Shown one piece after another: positions 1 to 9,587 of a stretch of 64,000 nucleotides of DNA. Source of the stretch: Candidatus Bathyarchaeota archaeon (GTDB lineage Archaea > Thermoproteota > Bathyarchaeia > Bathyarchaeales > Bathycorpusculaceae); NCBI GenBank assembly GCA_963715865.1, contig OY970280.1, positions 2,080,001-2,144,000 on the forward strand, given 5' to 3'. The notes beneath the pieces were generated by a model. The model made no database searches. It worked only from the letters and a program-made list of their open reading frames with translations, and was not told where the DNA came from. The position numbers and the translations under genes were made by a program. How positions within the stretch are numbered: the first letter of the stretch is position 1; each line of letters begins with the position of its first letter.

Positions 1-1
1 A

Positions 2-412
2 AAAATCGGCGACGGAACCACCATAGGAAGCTTCTGCGACATAGGCAAAAACGTAATTTTAGGCAAAAACTGCAACATACAAGCACACGTAACCATCTCA
101 AACGGTTGCGTACTAGGCAATAACGTGTTTATCGCTCCAAACAGCTCACTTCTAAATGACAAGTACCCAAAAAGCACTTTCATGACGCCACCAATCATCA
201 AAGACAACGCTGTTATCGGCGGAGGCGTCACCATACTACCCGACGTGACCATAGGAGAGAAAGCTGTGATTGGCGGGGGAAGCGTCGTCACCAAAAACGT
301 GCCGCCAAGAACAGTGTCAACTGGCGTTCCAGCAAAGGTGGTAATGACTTTAGAAGAATATGAAGCCAAGCGCGACGCTTTCATACAGGCAAGACGCAAG
401 GTGAACAAATGA
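2..412 (+). CDS. Hexapeptide-repeat sugar N-acetyltransferase (WbpD/WxcM-like), 5'-truncated by window edge
   Basis: Frame is open from base 2 (KIGDGTTIGSFCDIGKNVILGKNCNIQ...) into the ORF-track protein; left-handed beta-helix hexads, NDKYP and GVPAK motifs. Confidence 0.85.
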   Translation, partial: KIGDGTTIGSFCDIGKNVILGKNCNIQAHVTISNGCVLGNNVFIAPNSSLLNDKYPKSTFMTPPIIKDNAVIGGGVTILPDVTIGEKAVIGGGSVVTKNVPPRTVSTGVPAKVVMTLEEYEAKRDAFIQARRKVNK

Positions 413-1389
413 GAATATGGTATGACGCCTGTACTGGCAAGCACGTCAGGTATGGTGCCGCTATTGCGCAGCGTCTCAGGAAATCAGGACACGAATTTGT
501 TTTTACTACGCGCGAGCATCCAGACACTATACCAGTGGCGCGAATCCTCGGAGAAAAACCTATCGTCATAGGCAAATACAACCCATCAACGCTTTTCTCA
601 AGGTTGGAAGAGAGCGCCGAACGCATAATGCAGTTTTCCAAGCTCTTCAAGGATAATCTTCCAGACATTGCAATAGCTCATCAATCGGTTGAGCTCTGCC
701 GAACCGCTTTTGGTTTAGGAATCCCAATAATTTTGACTGCTGATACGCCTTACGCTACAGCCGTCAATAGGCTAACAATACCCTTTGCGCACACAGTCGT
801 AGTCTCAGAGGCTTTGCCTAAGCGTTTTCTGAAAGATTATTGCGCCAAAAATATTGTTCCGTTCAAAGGAGTAGACGAAGTTGCTTGGATTAAAGATTTT
901 AAGCCTTCAAAAATTGATGGTTTAAAGAAGCCTTTGATAGTTATTAGACAGGTGGAAGCCAAAGCAGCCTATGCAGGGGGAAAGCAAGACCTTGCACAAA
1001 TCCTTGCAGAAAAACTTGCCACCTTGGGGAATGTGAATTTTATCCAAAGATATAACCAACATGGTAAAACGTTCGGAGTAAAGGAAGCCTTTGTGGATTC
1101 AGCACGTTTGGTTGCAAATGCTGATTTAGTCGTCAGCTACGGAGGAACTATTGCAAGAGAAGCAGCCCTTCAAGGTGTTCCCAGCATAGCTATTTCTGAA
1201 ATGGCTAAAACTTACGTTAACAAGTATCTGGCTAAGAAAGGCTTTCCACTATTCGCCACAACGGAGCGAGGAGTGCTGAGGTATGCGAAGAAGTATCTTG
1301 GTGAAAGATTTGATGTGCATAGCGAGCTTGCAAAATTAGAGAATCCCGTTGATGTGATAGAAAAAGTTGTAGATAGTTTGAGAAACTAG
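409..1389 (+). CDS. DUF354 family GT-B-fold protein
   Basis: IWYDACTGKH start, GVDEVAW and GGTIAREAALQGVPSI motifs; overlaps upstream stop (ATGA). Confidence 0.75.
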   Translation: MRIWYDACTGKHVRYGAAIAQRLRKSGHEFVFTTREHPDTIPVARILGEKPIVIGKYNPSTLFSRLEESAERIMQFSKLFKDNLPDIAIAHQSVELCRTAFGLGIPIILTADTPYATAVNRLTIPFAHTVVVSEALPKRFLKDYCAKNIVPFKGVDEVAWIKDFKPSKIDGLKKPLIVIRQVEAKAAYAGGKQDLAQILAEKLATLGNVNFIQRYNQHGKTFGVKEAFVDSARLVANADLVVSYGGTIAREAALQGVPSIAISEMAKTYVNKYLAKKGFPLFATTERGVLRYAKKYLGERFDVHSELAKLENPVDVIEKVVDSLRN

Positions 1390-1408
1390 CACTTTGGCGC
1401 TTTGCCTG

Positions 1409-2185
1409 TTAAGCAACTGTAACTACGATTTTATCTCCAACTTTCGCATGAAATTTTTCCGCTGCGCTGCCTTGATTTAGGGCTATTTCCATAAAACCGT
1501 GGCTTCCTATTAGGACTATGGGTTCTTTAGGTTTCGCTTGGGCGTAGGCTTTGCCGAACGTGAGTATTAGCGAAATGCTGGGCAATTCTACGTTGACTTT
1601 TTTAGCGTAGTTTTGGACCATTTTCTCGTTTATGTTTGTGATTATGTTACCAAAGCCATCTATGTGCATGACTTCGCCGATTAGAGAGTCGTGTCCTCGT
1701 TTGACTTTGGCGAATTCAGGGTTGATTGGGTCGTTTATTTCTGGTCCAAATTCGATGGGTTGTACTCCCTTCTCTAAGTGGGCTGCTGCAGGCGCAAAAA
1801 TGTCTCTACCGTGAAATGTGCTGGAAATGTTAGGCAACATAAACTTGGGATTTGTAAGTTGGTATACGTGTTCTATTCCTTGACTTTGGGCTGCTAAAAT
1901 CAAAATGCCGTTATCGGGCCCAACAAAAAAGCCCTTCTTAGTCTGTATTAATATAGCGCGTCTTTGGGTGCCGACGCCTGGGTCCACAACAGCCAAGTGA
2001 ACGGTGCCTTCTGGAAAGTATGGTGCAGCCGAAGCCAACATGAAAGCGGCCATTCGAATGTTAAATTTTTCAATATCATGTGTTATGTCGATTAATGTGG
2101 CTTTTGGGTTTATGTTCAAAATCACTCCTTTCATCTCTGCCACATAAGGGTCTTTTAGCCCAAAGTCACTAGTCAAAGTTATCAT
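1409..2185 (-). CDS. SAM hydroxide adenosyltransferase (chlorinase/fluorinase, DUF62 family)
   Basis: ITLTSDFG, VVDPGVG, GPDNG, STFHGRDIFAP, IDGFGN motifs. Confidence 0.92.
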   Translation of the reverse strand: MITLTSDFGLKDPYVAEMKGVILNINPKATLIDITHDIEKFNIRMAAFMLASAAPYFPEGTVHLAVVDPGVGTQRRAILIQTKKGFFVGPDNGILILAAQSQGIEHVYQLTNPKFMLPNISSTFHGRDIFAPAAAHLEKGVQPIEFGPEINDPINPEFAKVKRGHDSLIGEVMHIDGFGNIITNINEKMVQNYAKKVNVELPSISLILTFGKAYAQAKPKEPIVLIGSHGFMEIALNQGSAAEKFHAKVGDKIVVTVA

Positions 2186-2191
2186 TTGAGG

Positions 2192-2476
2192 TTAACCGCC
2201 GTGAACAACTGGTACAAAGACGATTTCGTCTCCATCCTTCAATTTGGTTTCTAAACCGTTTAAAACGCTGATTTCTCTGCCATTTATGAGTATCAGCGCA
2301 TTTGATCGTGAATCGTTGAGTTGTTGGTCGCTGAAGGTTTTTTCTAACTTTGGCATTTGTTGGCTGATTTTTGTTACTAATTCTTTTAGTGACATTCCTT
2401 CTTGGAAGTTAATGGTCAATTGTGTTTTGCCTGATAAGTGGCGTAGTGCACCGATGAATTTTATTGTTAATGCCAT
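2192..2476 (-). CDS. MoaD/ThiS/SAMP-family ubiquitin-like sulfur carrier
   Basis: 94 aa beta-grasp pattern with C-terminal PVVHGG. Confidence 0.9.
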   Translation of the reverse strand: MALTIKFIGALRHLSGKTQLTINFQEGMSLKELVTKISQQMPKLEKTFSDQQLNDSRSNALILINGREISVLNGLETKLKDGDEIVFVPVVHGG

Positions 2477-2551
2477 TTGTTTTCTGCGCTCATTATATTT
2501 ATAGAATTATTCTTTATGTTAAAATTGTTTTGCACTTTTTTGATTGTGAGG

Positions 2552-2929
2552 TTAAAAGTTTTGGAATCTTTCTTCTGTTAATGTTTCGACGATGTCGGTT
2601 GCAATTTCAACGATTGAATCTGCCTGTTTTATCATTGCTTCGCCGTTTACTTCTTCTAGTTGTGATATTTGTTGTATGATGCTTTCGATTTCTATTAGAA
2701 ACCGTAAAAGTGAATCATTTGTCGTTGGGTTTTTCATGACTTCTTCGCGTATGAGTATTTCTATAAAGGCAGGTTCACCTAGACTGTAGTATATTGCGTT
2801 TCTTGCTTTTCTGATTGCTTCTAAAACTAAACCAGGTGCCATATAAGGTATTTTTCGCGCTGCTTCCAATTCGGCTTTTGCCTCACGAAGGTACCTTAGT
2901 GCCCATCCTTTCCTGTACTCATCCATCAT
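2552..2929 (-). CDS. Hypothetical helical protein, possibly HEPN-like
   Basis: WALRYLREAKAELEAA...EAIRKARNAIY helical pattern; in operon order after rps17e; start taken at MMDEY. Confidence 0.55.
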   Translation of the reverse strand: MMDEYRKGWALRYLREAKAELEAARKIPYMAPGLVLEAIRKARNAIYYSLGEPAFIEILIREEVMKNPTTNDSLLRFLIEIESIIQQISQLEEVNGEAMIKQADSIVEIATDIVETLTEERFQNF

Positions 2930-2957
2930 GCGGGATTCTTTTCCTAAAATTACTTGT

Positions 2958-3194
2958 TTATTCTGATGCTTCTTCTTCGCTAACATCAGGTTCAGTTGAA
3001 GAGCTGGCTTGAGCTAATGATAGCTTACGCGTTATATATCCAGCAATCTGATTTCTTACTCGTGTGGTTGTTCCTTGCGTTAAAGAGTCAACTAAACGCT
3101 TGTTCTCGTCAAAGTTGCTGGTGAATTTATTTGGAAAACGCGCCATTAGTTCTTTGCCGACTCGTTTAATTTGTTCAGTCTTAACTTTTCCCAA
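2958..3194 (-). CDS. rps17e: 30S ribosomal protein S17e
   Basis: GKVKTEQIKR...F..NK...RNQIAGYITR; TTG start at 3194 preceded by GGAGG. Confidence 0.95.
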   Translation of the reverse strand: MGKVKTEQIKRVGKELMARFPNKFTSNFDENKRLVDSLTQGTTTRVRNQIAGYITRKLSLAQASSSTEPDVSEEEASE

Positions 3195-3355
3195 ATCAGT
3201 GATTCCTCCGATCATCAACGTTTTTAGTGTCCGACGCTTGATAGCGTAGAAGCAATTCTCAATAGATGATAGGCTTAATTTAAGTTTACGCCTTATAGCG
3301 CGAATTAACTGACCGATAAATCGTAAGGCAGATTATGAAGGGTAAAATAAAATTT

Positions 3356-4129
3356 TTAGTTTACTTTTATGTTAAAGAAAACCTCAAAGTTTTTGGCGAT
3401 TTGTTCGGCAACGTCACCAACTTGCATTTTCTTGATTTCAGCCACTGCTTCAACTACATTGCGTATGAACGATGGCTTGGTTAATTGTCCATTGTAAGGG
3501 CGTTTCCAATATGTCACTGGACCGTCGGTTTCTGTTAACAAGTTTGTTAATGGTACTTTCTCCACGACTTCGCGGATGCCGTTAGAGTAAGTTACAGGTG
3601 GTCCTTCAGTGATAAAGTAGCCGTTGTCTATTGCCTTGTATAGTGCGCTCATTGGGTGACTGAACCAGTGCAGCAGCACTCGCTTGAGAGTGTATGAGGG
3701 AAGCATGTCTACTATTTTGTCGGTTGTTCCACGTGAATGAATAATTACGGGAAGGTCAAGCGTTTCGGCAAGGTGAAGCATTTTATCGAAAACCATCGTT
3801 TGCTTTTCCCATATAGTTTCATACTTGTAGTCTAAGCCGATTTCGCCTATTGCTTTAACAATGTTTTTTTGTTTTTGAATGAAATCGATAGTTTCTTCAA
3901 GTTCGTTTTCTTTGAGAACGTTTACGTTCCATGGGTGAATCCCTAAAGCGGGATAAACTATATCAGGGTATTTTTCTGCTAATTTAATGTCGTTTTGACA
4001 AGTTTTTAGATCCATTGAATTTGTAACTAACGCTGTTATGCCTGCGTTTTTTGCGTCCGCTATTAGCTCATCGATGTGGCCGGTGTATTCTGCGTCGGAG
4101 AGGTGGATATGGGCGTCTATTAGCTTCAT
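3356..4129 (-). CDS. tatD: TatD family nuclease/hydrolase
   Basis: DAHIH, GIHP, IGEIGLDY, IHSR, LTETDGP motifs. Confidence 0.93.
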   Translation of the reverse strand: MKLIDAHIHLSDAEYTGHIDELIADAKNAGITALVTNSMDLKTCQNDIKLAEKYPDIVYPALGIHPWNVNVLKENELEETIDFIQKQKNIVKAIGEIGLDYKYETIWEKQTMVFDKMLHLAETLDLPVIIHSRGTTDKIVDMLPSYTLKRVLLHWFSHPMSALYKAIDNGYFITEGPPVTYSNGIREVVEKVPLTNLLTETDGPVTYWKRPYNGQLTKPSFIRNVVEAVAEIKKMQVGDVAEQIAKNFEVFFNIKVN

Positions 4130-4207
4130 TTTTCTCAGCGCTATTATCACGGTTGAGCGTTTTATAATTTTCTTTGCTTATAATGGCAAGTTTTATGTTA
4201 ACGGTAT

Positions 4208-4510
4208 TTTAGAAGAAAAAGCGATAACAAAGGTTAAATATTGCTTTAAAAAGAAAAAGAAGCTACGGAGTAGTCGTTATGACCGAATTAGAAATAGCTG
4301 TAGCTCCCATGCACAGGTTATGCAAAAAAGCTGGCGCTGACAGAGTAAGTGAGGCAGCAGCAAAGGAACTTGCAAAGGCACTTGAAGAAATTGGTGTAAA
4401 GATTGCTAAAGAAGCACTTGATTTTGCGATGCATGCTGGAAGAAAAACAATCAAAGCGGAAGATATTGAGATCGCCGCTAGAAAAGTCATGGGAAAATAG
4501 TAACCTAATA
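4208..4510 (+). repeat. Histone gene plus promoter, copy 1 of a dispersed duplication (copy 2 at 16961-17263, minus strand)
   Basis: The 71 nt upstream of the ATG differ at only 5 positions between copies; coding regions align without gaps. Confidence 0.9.
4279..4500 (+). CDS. Archaeal histone (HMf family), canonical copy
   Basis: KAGADRVS and [12 protein letters not shown] histone-fold signatures. Confidence 0.96.
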   Translation: MTELEIAVAPMHRLCKKAGADRVSEAAAKELAKALEEIGVKIAKEALDFAMHAGRKTIKAEDIEIAARKVMGK

Positions 4511-4651
4511 ACTCAAGTTCTCCCTTTCTTCTTTTTTGTTAAAGTTATTTGCGTTCTATGGCTCGGAAGGAACTTGCCTCTCTTATATGGAGCACTTTTT
4601 GGCATGATAAGAGTTTAGGTTCTTTTTGCGTCGAAAATGGAACGGTTTTTT

Positions 4652-5419
4652 TTAAGCGGTTGCTGATGAGTCCCATAGGAATTGGAAGTACTCTCGTGCA
4701 AAACCGACTAAGCCCACGTGGTTGCTCCATATGACTAGGCTTGGCTTGTCCTCGCCTAGAAGTAGCATGGCTTCTTTGCCGTCAGCAATTATGCCGCCGC
4801 CGAACATGTGGTCTCTAATTCGCAGCTCGTTTAAGCCAGGGTATTTTTTTATGAAGAGCCAGTCTTCCTTTTTTCCAGCCGCCATCAGTTTAACGCTAAC
4901 AGTTTTCTTCAAGCCGCTACCCAGCAAGGGCTCAGCCATGGCGATTACTGGTTTAGCGAATTCTGGTGCTGCAATCACGATTTCCATTGTGGCTTTTTTG
5001 AGGACTTCTTCAAGTTTAGTTAAGACGGCTTGTTGACCACGCAAGATCAGCATGTCTGGTCGCTCAACGAGTTCGCGTTTTTCGTACAAGGGCTGAAGCG
5101 CTTCGGCAACAGTGTTTTCCCAGTTCAAGTATTTGTCTTCCAACCGCAGCTTTGTGAATCTTGTTGCTTCGAGCGGTGGCACTGGGTAATATTTGAATGG
5201 ACGACTTTCGCTACTTTTAATCCAGCCCTTTTCTTTAAGCGAGTTGAGAACCTCATACATTTTGCTGTAGGGCACTTTAGCTTCCTGGCTTATCTCCATA
5301 GCCGTCATTTGCCCACCTTCCAGCAACACTATGTAAGCGTCAATTTCGTAGGCGTTCAAGCCCATTTCTCGCAAAGCATTCCGAGTGTTCTCGTTAATTG
5401 ACACGTCTTTTCCCCTCAA
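4652..5419 (-). CDS. TrmB family transcriptional regulator
   Basis: GLNAYEIDAY...EISQEAKVPYSKMYEVLNSLKEKGWI wHTH; C-terminal effector-like domain. Confidence 0.9.
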   Translation of the reverse strand: MRGKDVSINENTRNALREMGLNAYEIDAYIVLLEGGQMTAMEISQEAKVPYSKMYEVLNSLKEKGWIKSSESRPFKYYPVPPLEATRFTKLRLEDKYLNWENTVAEALQPLYEKRELVERPDMLILRGQQAVLTKLEEVLKKATMEIVIAAPEFAKPVIAMAEPLLGSGLKKTVSVKLMAAGKKEDWLFIKKYPGLNELRIRDHMFGGGIIADGKEAMLLLGEDKPSLVIWSNHVGLVGFAREYFQFLWDSSATA

Positions 5420-5505
5420 TCACCATAGGAAACGTTTGGAAACCTTATTATCATCAATGGCTCTTAAGCACTTCGAAAGCGCTCAGATGTAAGAAGGACA
5501 AAAGT

Positions 5506-6996
5506 ATGAAAGATATCAAAACCACAAGAAGCATTTGCCCTGAATGTCTAAAGGCTATAGACGCAACCATTTTTGAAGATGAAGGCAAAGTCTTCATTAA
5601 AAAAGAGTGCCCTGAACATGGGGCTTTCCAGGAAATTTACTGGTCAGATTACGATCAATACATGCGGGCAGAAAAATTCCGCTATGATGGCGAGGGAATA
5701 AGTAACCCTCGAACCGAGAAAAAGAACGGTTGCCCGTACGACTGCGGCATTTGCCCAGAACACAAATCTCACACTGCCCTTGCAATAATCGACGTCACAA
5801 ACAGGTGCAACCTTACTTGCCCGGTTTGCTTTGCTAATGCTGCGGCTGCAGGATACGTTTACGAACCCACTAAAGAGCAAATTACTGGAATGCTAGAGAA
5901 CCTTCGAGCCAACAAGCCAGTGCCAGCCACAGCTCTACAGTTCTCTGGCGGAGAACCAACAATCCGCAAGGACCTCTTCGACTTTGTTCGAAAGGCAAAA
6001 GAGCTTGGCTTCAGTCACGTGGAGATTAATACGAATGGTCTTCGACTCTCGCAAAGCGTAGATTACTGCCGAGACCTCAAAGCGGCAGGCGTAAGCACCA
6101 TTTACCTGCAGTTCGACGGGTTAACCCCTGACGTTTACAAGTTCATTCGCGGAGTAGACCTTCTTGACATAAAAATGAAGGCAATCGAAAACCTTCGCCA
6201 AGCAGGAATAGACAGCATCGTCCTAGTAGTCACACTGGTGAAAGGCGTTAATGATCACCAACTTGGCGACATAATCAATTTTGCTGCCAAAAACTTCGAC
6301 GTGATAAGATGCGTAAACGTTCAACCAGTCAGCCTCTGTGGAAGACTGCCACAAAAACAACGCGAAAACATGCGCATCACAATCCCAGACTTCATGAAAA
6401 AAGTTGAAGAACAAACAAACGGAACAATAAAAGTATCAGACTTCTACCCCGTACCTACGGTTGTGCCAATTTCAAAAGCCGTCGGCGCACTAAAAGACAG
6501 ACGATATTTAGAGTTCACCGCGCATCCGCACTGTGGTATGGCAACTTACCTTTTAATTGAAAACGGAAAAATCGTTCCAATCACACGCTACGGAAACATC
6601 GACAAATTCATCGCCGTAATGAACAAAGTTTATGAGACTGCGGCAAAGGGAAGCAAGACCAAAGCTAAATTACGCTTAGTCAGTTCAATGCGTTACATAA
6701 AATTCGGTTTCCTAAGAAAATACGTTCTAGGCGTAATAACAAGCGGCGACTACAAAGCCCTCGGCGATTTGCAAAGGCAGGCGATTCTGCTTTCGGCCAT
6801 GCATTTCATGGACCCATACAACTTTGACCTTGAAAGAGTACAACGCTGCCTAATTCACTATGCCGTGCCAGATGGACGCATAATTCCATTCTGCACCATG
6901 AACTCCATCCATAGGACTGAAGTTGAAAAGAAACTTGGCGTCCCAATCAAAGAGTGGAAGGACAAACATAAAGTTGAAATAAGCCAGCCATTCTAG
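5506..6996 (+). CDS. tes: Tetraether lipid synthase (Tes/GDGT-MAS-type radical SAM enzyme)
   Basis: N-terminal CPEC..CPEH and CPYDCGICPEH metal sites, CNLTCPVC radical SAM motif, HPHCG, FMDPYNFDLERVQRC.IHY..PDGRIIPFC; start set at ATG 5506. Confidence 0.85.
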   Translation: MKDIKTTRSICPECLKAIDATIFEDEGKVFIKKECPEHGAFQEIYWSDYDQYMRAEKFRYDGEGISNPRTEKKNGCPYDCGICPEHKSHTALAIIDVTNRCNLTCPVCFANAAAAGYVYEPTKEQITGMLENLRANKPVPATALQFSGGEPTIRKDLFDFVRKAKELGFSHVEINTNGLRLSQSVDYCRDLKAAGVSTIYLQFDGLTPDVYKFIRGVDLLDIKMKAIENLRQAGIDSIVLVVTLVKGVNDHQLGDIINFAAKNFDVIRCVNVQPVSLCGRLPQKQRENMRITIPDFMKKVEEQTNGTIKVSDFYPVPTVVPISKAVGALKDRRYLEFTAHPHCGMATYLLIENGKIVPITRYGNIDKFIAVMNKVYETAAKGSKTKAKLRLVSSMRYIKFGFLRKYVLGVITSGDYKALGDLQRQAILLSAMHFMDPYNFDLERVQRCLIHYAVPDGRIIPFCTMNSIHRTEVEKKLGVPIKEWKDKHKVEISQPF

Positions 6997-7033
6997 GTGT
7001 TGAGAACAAAAAAATAGCAAGGTGAAAAAAATT

Positions 7034-7363
7034 ATGGGCGGGAAAAAGAAGCTCGGCATAAAGCAGATGGAAAAGCAGCAGGTTAAGGAAGACGAAGACA
7101 AATCGAAAGAGAAGAAGAAAGATAAAGCTGGAATGTCAAAAGAAAGAAAAACTATCGGAATAATGCCTCCAGACGCCAAGAACGAAAAAATCGTCAGCGA
7201 AGTAAAGAAAATGAACGTTCTAACACCGTACGCTGTAGCAACAAGGTTTAACATTCGAATTAGCACAGCAAAAGACTTCTTAGAACAACTGGAAGCGAAT
7301 GGTGCAGTGCAGCTTGTATCCGGCAGCCACAACATCAAAATCTACAAGCCCGTAGCAAGTTAA
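7034..7363 (+). CDS. rps25e: 30S ribosomal protein S25e
   Basis: Lys-rich N-terminus, then VLTPYAVATRFNIRISTAKDFLEQLE..G. Confidence 0.9.
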   Translation: MGGKKKLGIKQMEKQQVKEDEDKSKEKKKDKAGMSKERKTIGIMPPDAKNEKIVSEVKKMNVLTPYAVATRFNIRISTAKDFLEQLEANGAVQLVSGSHNIKIYKPVAS

Positions 7364-7396
7364 CTTGCTCCAAGATTAATCCTTTATCTTAAATTT

Positions 7397-7900
7397 TTGC
7401 AATTGGGGTTTTGTTTTCGTTTGAATTTTCCTGAAAGAGTTTACACGGCTAAAGAAGTAAAAACCGCTAAAGCACTAATCGATGAAGGCTACAAACACAA
7501 CCTAACAATTGAGGGCGCACCAGATTTTAAAGAAAAAGTTATCAGTGCCCTTGAACTAATCAAAACAGCAGGTTACTTTGAGTTTTTAAGAACATACATA
7601 AGGAAAATAATGGAAATCGACGGCATAACTCAATTGCGCGAAACAGAAGTAGCCATCTGGGCAAACAAGTTCGCTGTAGAAAACCCAGTTGACGCCGCCA
7701 GCCTACTCATCCAAAAAGCCTACCACATGAAAGAGTACCTAGAGGGCGAACTCTACTATGGCGGCAACGCAGAAAAACGCTCAGTTGCAAAACGCGTCGA
7801 GTTCCTGCAGGTTCTTAGAGATAAAAGCGGCGACAAAAACGTAAAAGAAGAATGCGAACGGCTACTCCAAATGTGGAAAGAGAGTTCATTAGCCTTTTAA
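7397..7900 (+). CDS. Hypothetical protein
   Basis: 167-aa ORF with normal codon style, co-oriented with rps25e; start uncertain. Confidence 0.6.
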   Translation: MQLGFCFRLNFPERVYTAKEVKTAKALIDEGYKHNLTIEGAPDFKEKVISALELIKTAGYFEFLRTYIRKIMEIDGITQLRETEVAIWANKFAVENPVDAASLLIQKAYHMKEYLEGELYYGGNAEKRSVAKRVEFLQVLRDKSGDKNVKEECERLLQMWKESSLAF

Positions 7901-8283
7901 GCTGTTAACAATTCAACCTTAATTGTTGCTCCACTTTTAACTTGCTTAAAAATCTCCAAATTACTTGTTATTTTTCCAAGTATACTCACGGGACTATAGG
8001 GCTGTGACTTGCCGTAGAATACGCATAAGGCGCTGCCCATAGGCCAAAAAGCGATAGTGCCAGTTTCCACGGTTGGCTTTGCTTTTTCTTCGCCCATTTT
8101 AATTGGAATTTCAAAGTAAACCTCTTCTTTCCACAACGCAGCTCTGCCTTCAACTGGAAGCTTCCGAACGATAGCGTCAATGGTTCTTGGCGCTAAAAAT
8201 CTAACTAATTCACCTTCAGCTTCGCCTAAGCCTTCGATGAGAAACTTGACTTTTACACGGGAGATGTCTGCTTCATTACTCAA
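7897..8283 (-). CDS. Cyclophilin-like fold protein (DUF369-type)
   Basis: LPVEGRAALWKEEVYF, GTIAFWPMGSALCVFYG, SPVSILG motifs. Confidence 0.8.
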   Translation of the reverse strand: MSNEADISRVKVKFLIEGLGEAEGELVRFLAPRTIDAIVRKLPVEGRAALWKEEVYFEIPIKMGEEKAKPTVETGTIAFWPMGSALCVFYGKSQPYSPVSILGKITSNLEIFKQVKSGATIKVELLTA

Positions 8284-8409
8284 CTGTTTTCATGCTCCTT
8301 TAAAGAAAATCCAGTAAATCTCTAAGGATAGCTATTCTTAACGCGAAGTTCAATTTAACTCTTACAGTCGGTTATTGGTGAAAATCGTTTAAATCAGTCG
8401 CTAATCTGG

Positions 8410-9513
8410 CTATAGGAGGCTTAGAAGAGTTTTTCCTATAAAATCAACCTGTTCAACGGTGACCCCTGGATGAATTGGCAGTGAGAAAACCTGTTTTGAC
8501 GCTTTATCCGTTTCAGGCAATTTAGCACTTCCAAAGTTCTCTCGGTAAAACGGCATCTGATGCACAGGATTAACGTAATACACTTCAGCACCAATCCCTT
8601 TTTTCTTCAACGCTTCCACAATCTTGTTGCGTTCAGTTTCCGTGCCATCCTTCAGCCTTGCGGTGTACAGGTACCAGCTGTGCTGTCGATCTTTTAATTC
8701 CCACGGCAAAATCAGTCTGCTACTTTTTTCTAGGATTTTTGTTAGTTGTTGCGCGTTTTGGCGGCGTTTAGCCAAAAAAGAGGGCAACTTTTCCAGTTGC
8801 ACGTTACCTATTGCCGCTTGCACCTCGGACATGCGATAGTTAGTTCCAAGCATGAGTGATGCGTACTTAGCTTTTTCACCATGAGTCCTAATCATCCTCA
8901 GGGTTTCAGCTATTTGATCATTGTTTGTTGTGATTACTCCACCTTCACCTGTTGTAATATTTTTGCTTGCGTATAAGCTCCAGCAGGCGACATCAGCGAA
9001 CGCTCCCGCAGGTTTCCCAGCGTATGTTGCTCCATGCGCTTGAGCAGCATCCTCAACCAACGCTAAACCATGTTTCATGGCGATTTCCCGCATGGGTTTT
9101 ATATCGGCTGAAAAACCGTACAGGTCCACGGGCAGTATAGCCTTGGTATTTTTTGTTATAGATTTTTCAACCGCACTAGCCGATAAATCGTAAGTTTCAG
9201 CATCAATGTCAGCGAAAACTGGTTTCCCGCCAGCTAACACGACTGCCTCAGCTGTGGCTACGAAAGTGAAGCTGGGCAAAATAACTTCATCACCTTGCTT
9301 TACACCGGAAGCCACAACAGCAGAGTGCAAGGCGGCAGTGCCAGTGTTAACGGCTACAGCATTTTTTACGCCAGCGAATTTGGCAAAGTTTTTCTCGAAT
9401 TCTGTTACCATCGGGCCAGCTCCAAGCCCGCTTGTTAACATTCCGCTTCGAAGAACTTTAACTACTGCCTGCACTTCCTCTTCGCCGATTTTTGGCAGGT
9501 TAATCGGTATCAT
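8410..9513 (-). CDS. DegT/DnrJ/EryC1/StrS family PLP aminotransferase
   Basis: AVNTGTAALH, PSFTF.AT, EDAAQAHG, SLYASKNITTGEGG, NYRM. Confidence 0.95.
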   Translation of the reverse strand: MIPINLPKIGEEEVQAVVKVLRSGMLTSGLGAGPMVTEFEKNFAKFAGVKNAVAVNTGTAALHSAVVASGVKQGDEVILPSFTFVATAEAVVLAGGKPVFADIDAETYDLSASAVEKSITKNTKAILPVDLYGFSADIKPMREIAMKHGLALVEDAAQAHGATYAGKPAGAFADVACWSLYASKNITTGEGGVITTNNDQIAETLRMIRTHGEKAKYASLMLGTNYRMSEVQAAIGNVQLEKLPSFLAKRRQNAQQLTKILEKSSRLILPWELKDRQHSWYLYTARLKDGTETERNKIVEALKKKGIGAEVYYVNPVHQMPFYRENFGSAKLPETDKASKQVFSLPIHPGVTVEQVDFIGKTLLSLL

Positions 9514-9587
9514 TTTTTAGCCTCGCTTTGTTAGGATACTGGTCACGTGCTACTATTTCATTTTTCCGACTATTAATAGTAATTCCA

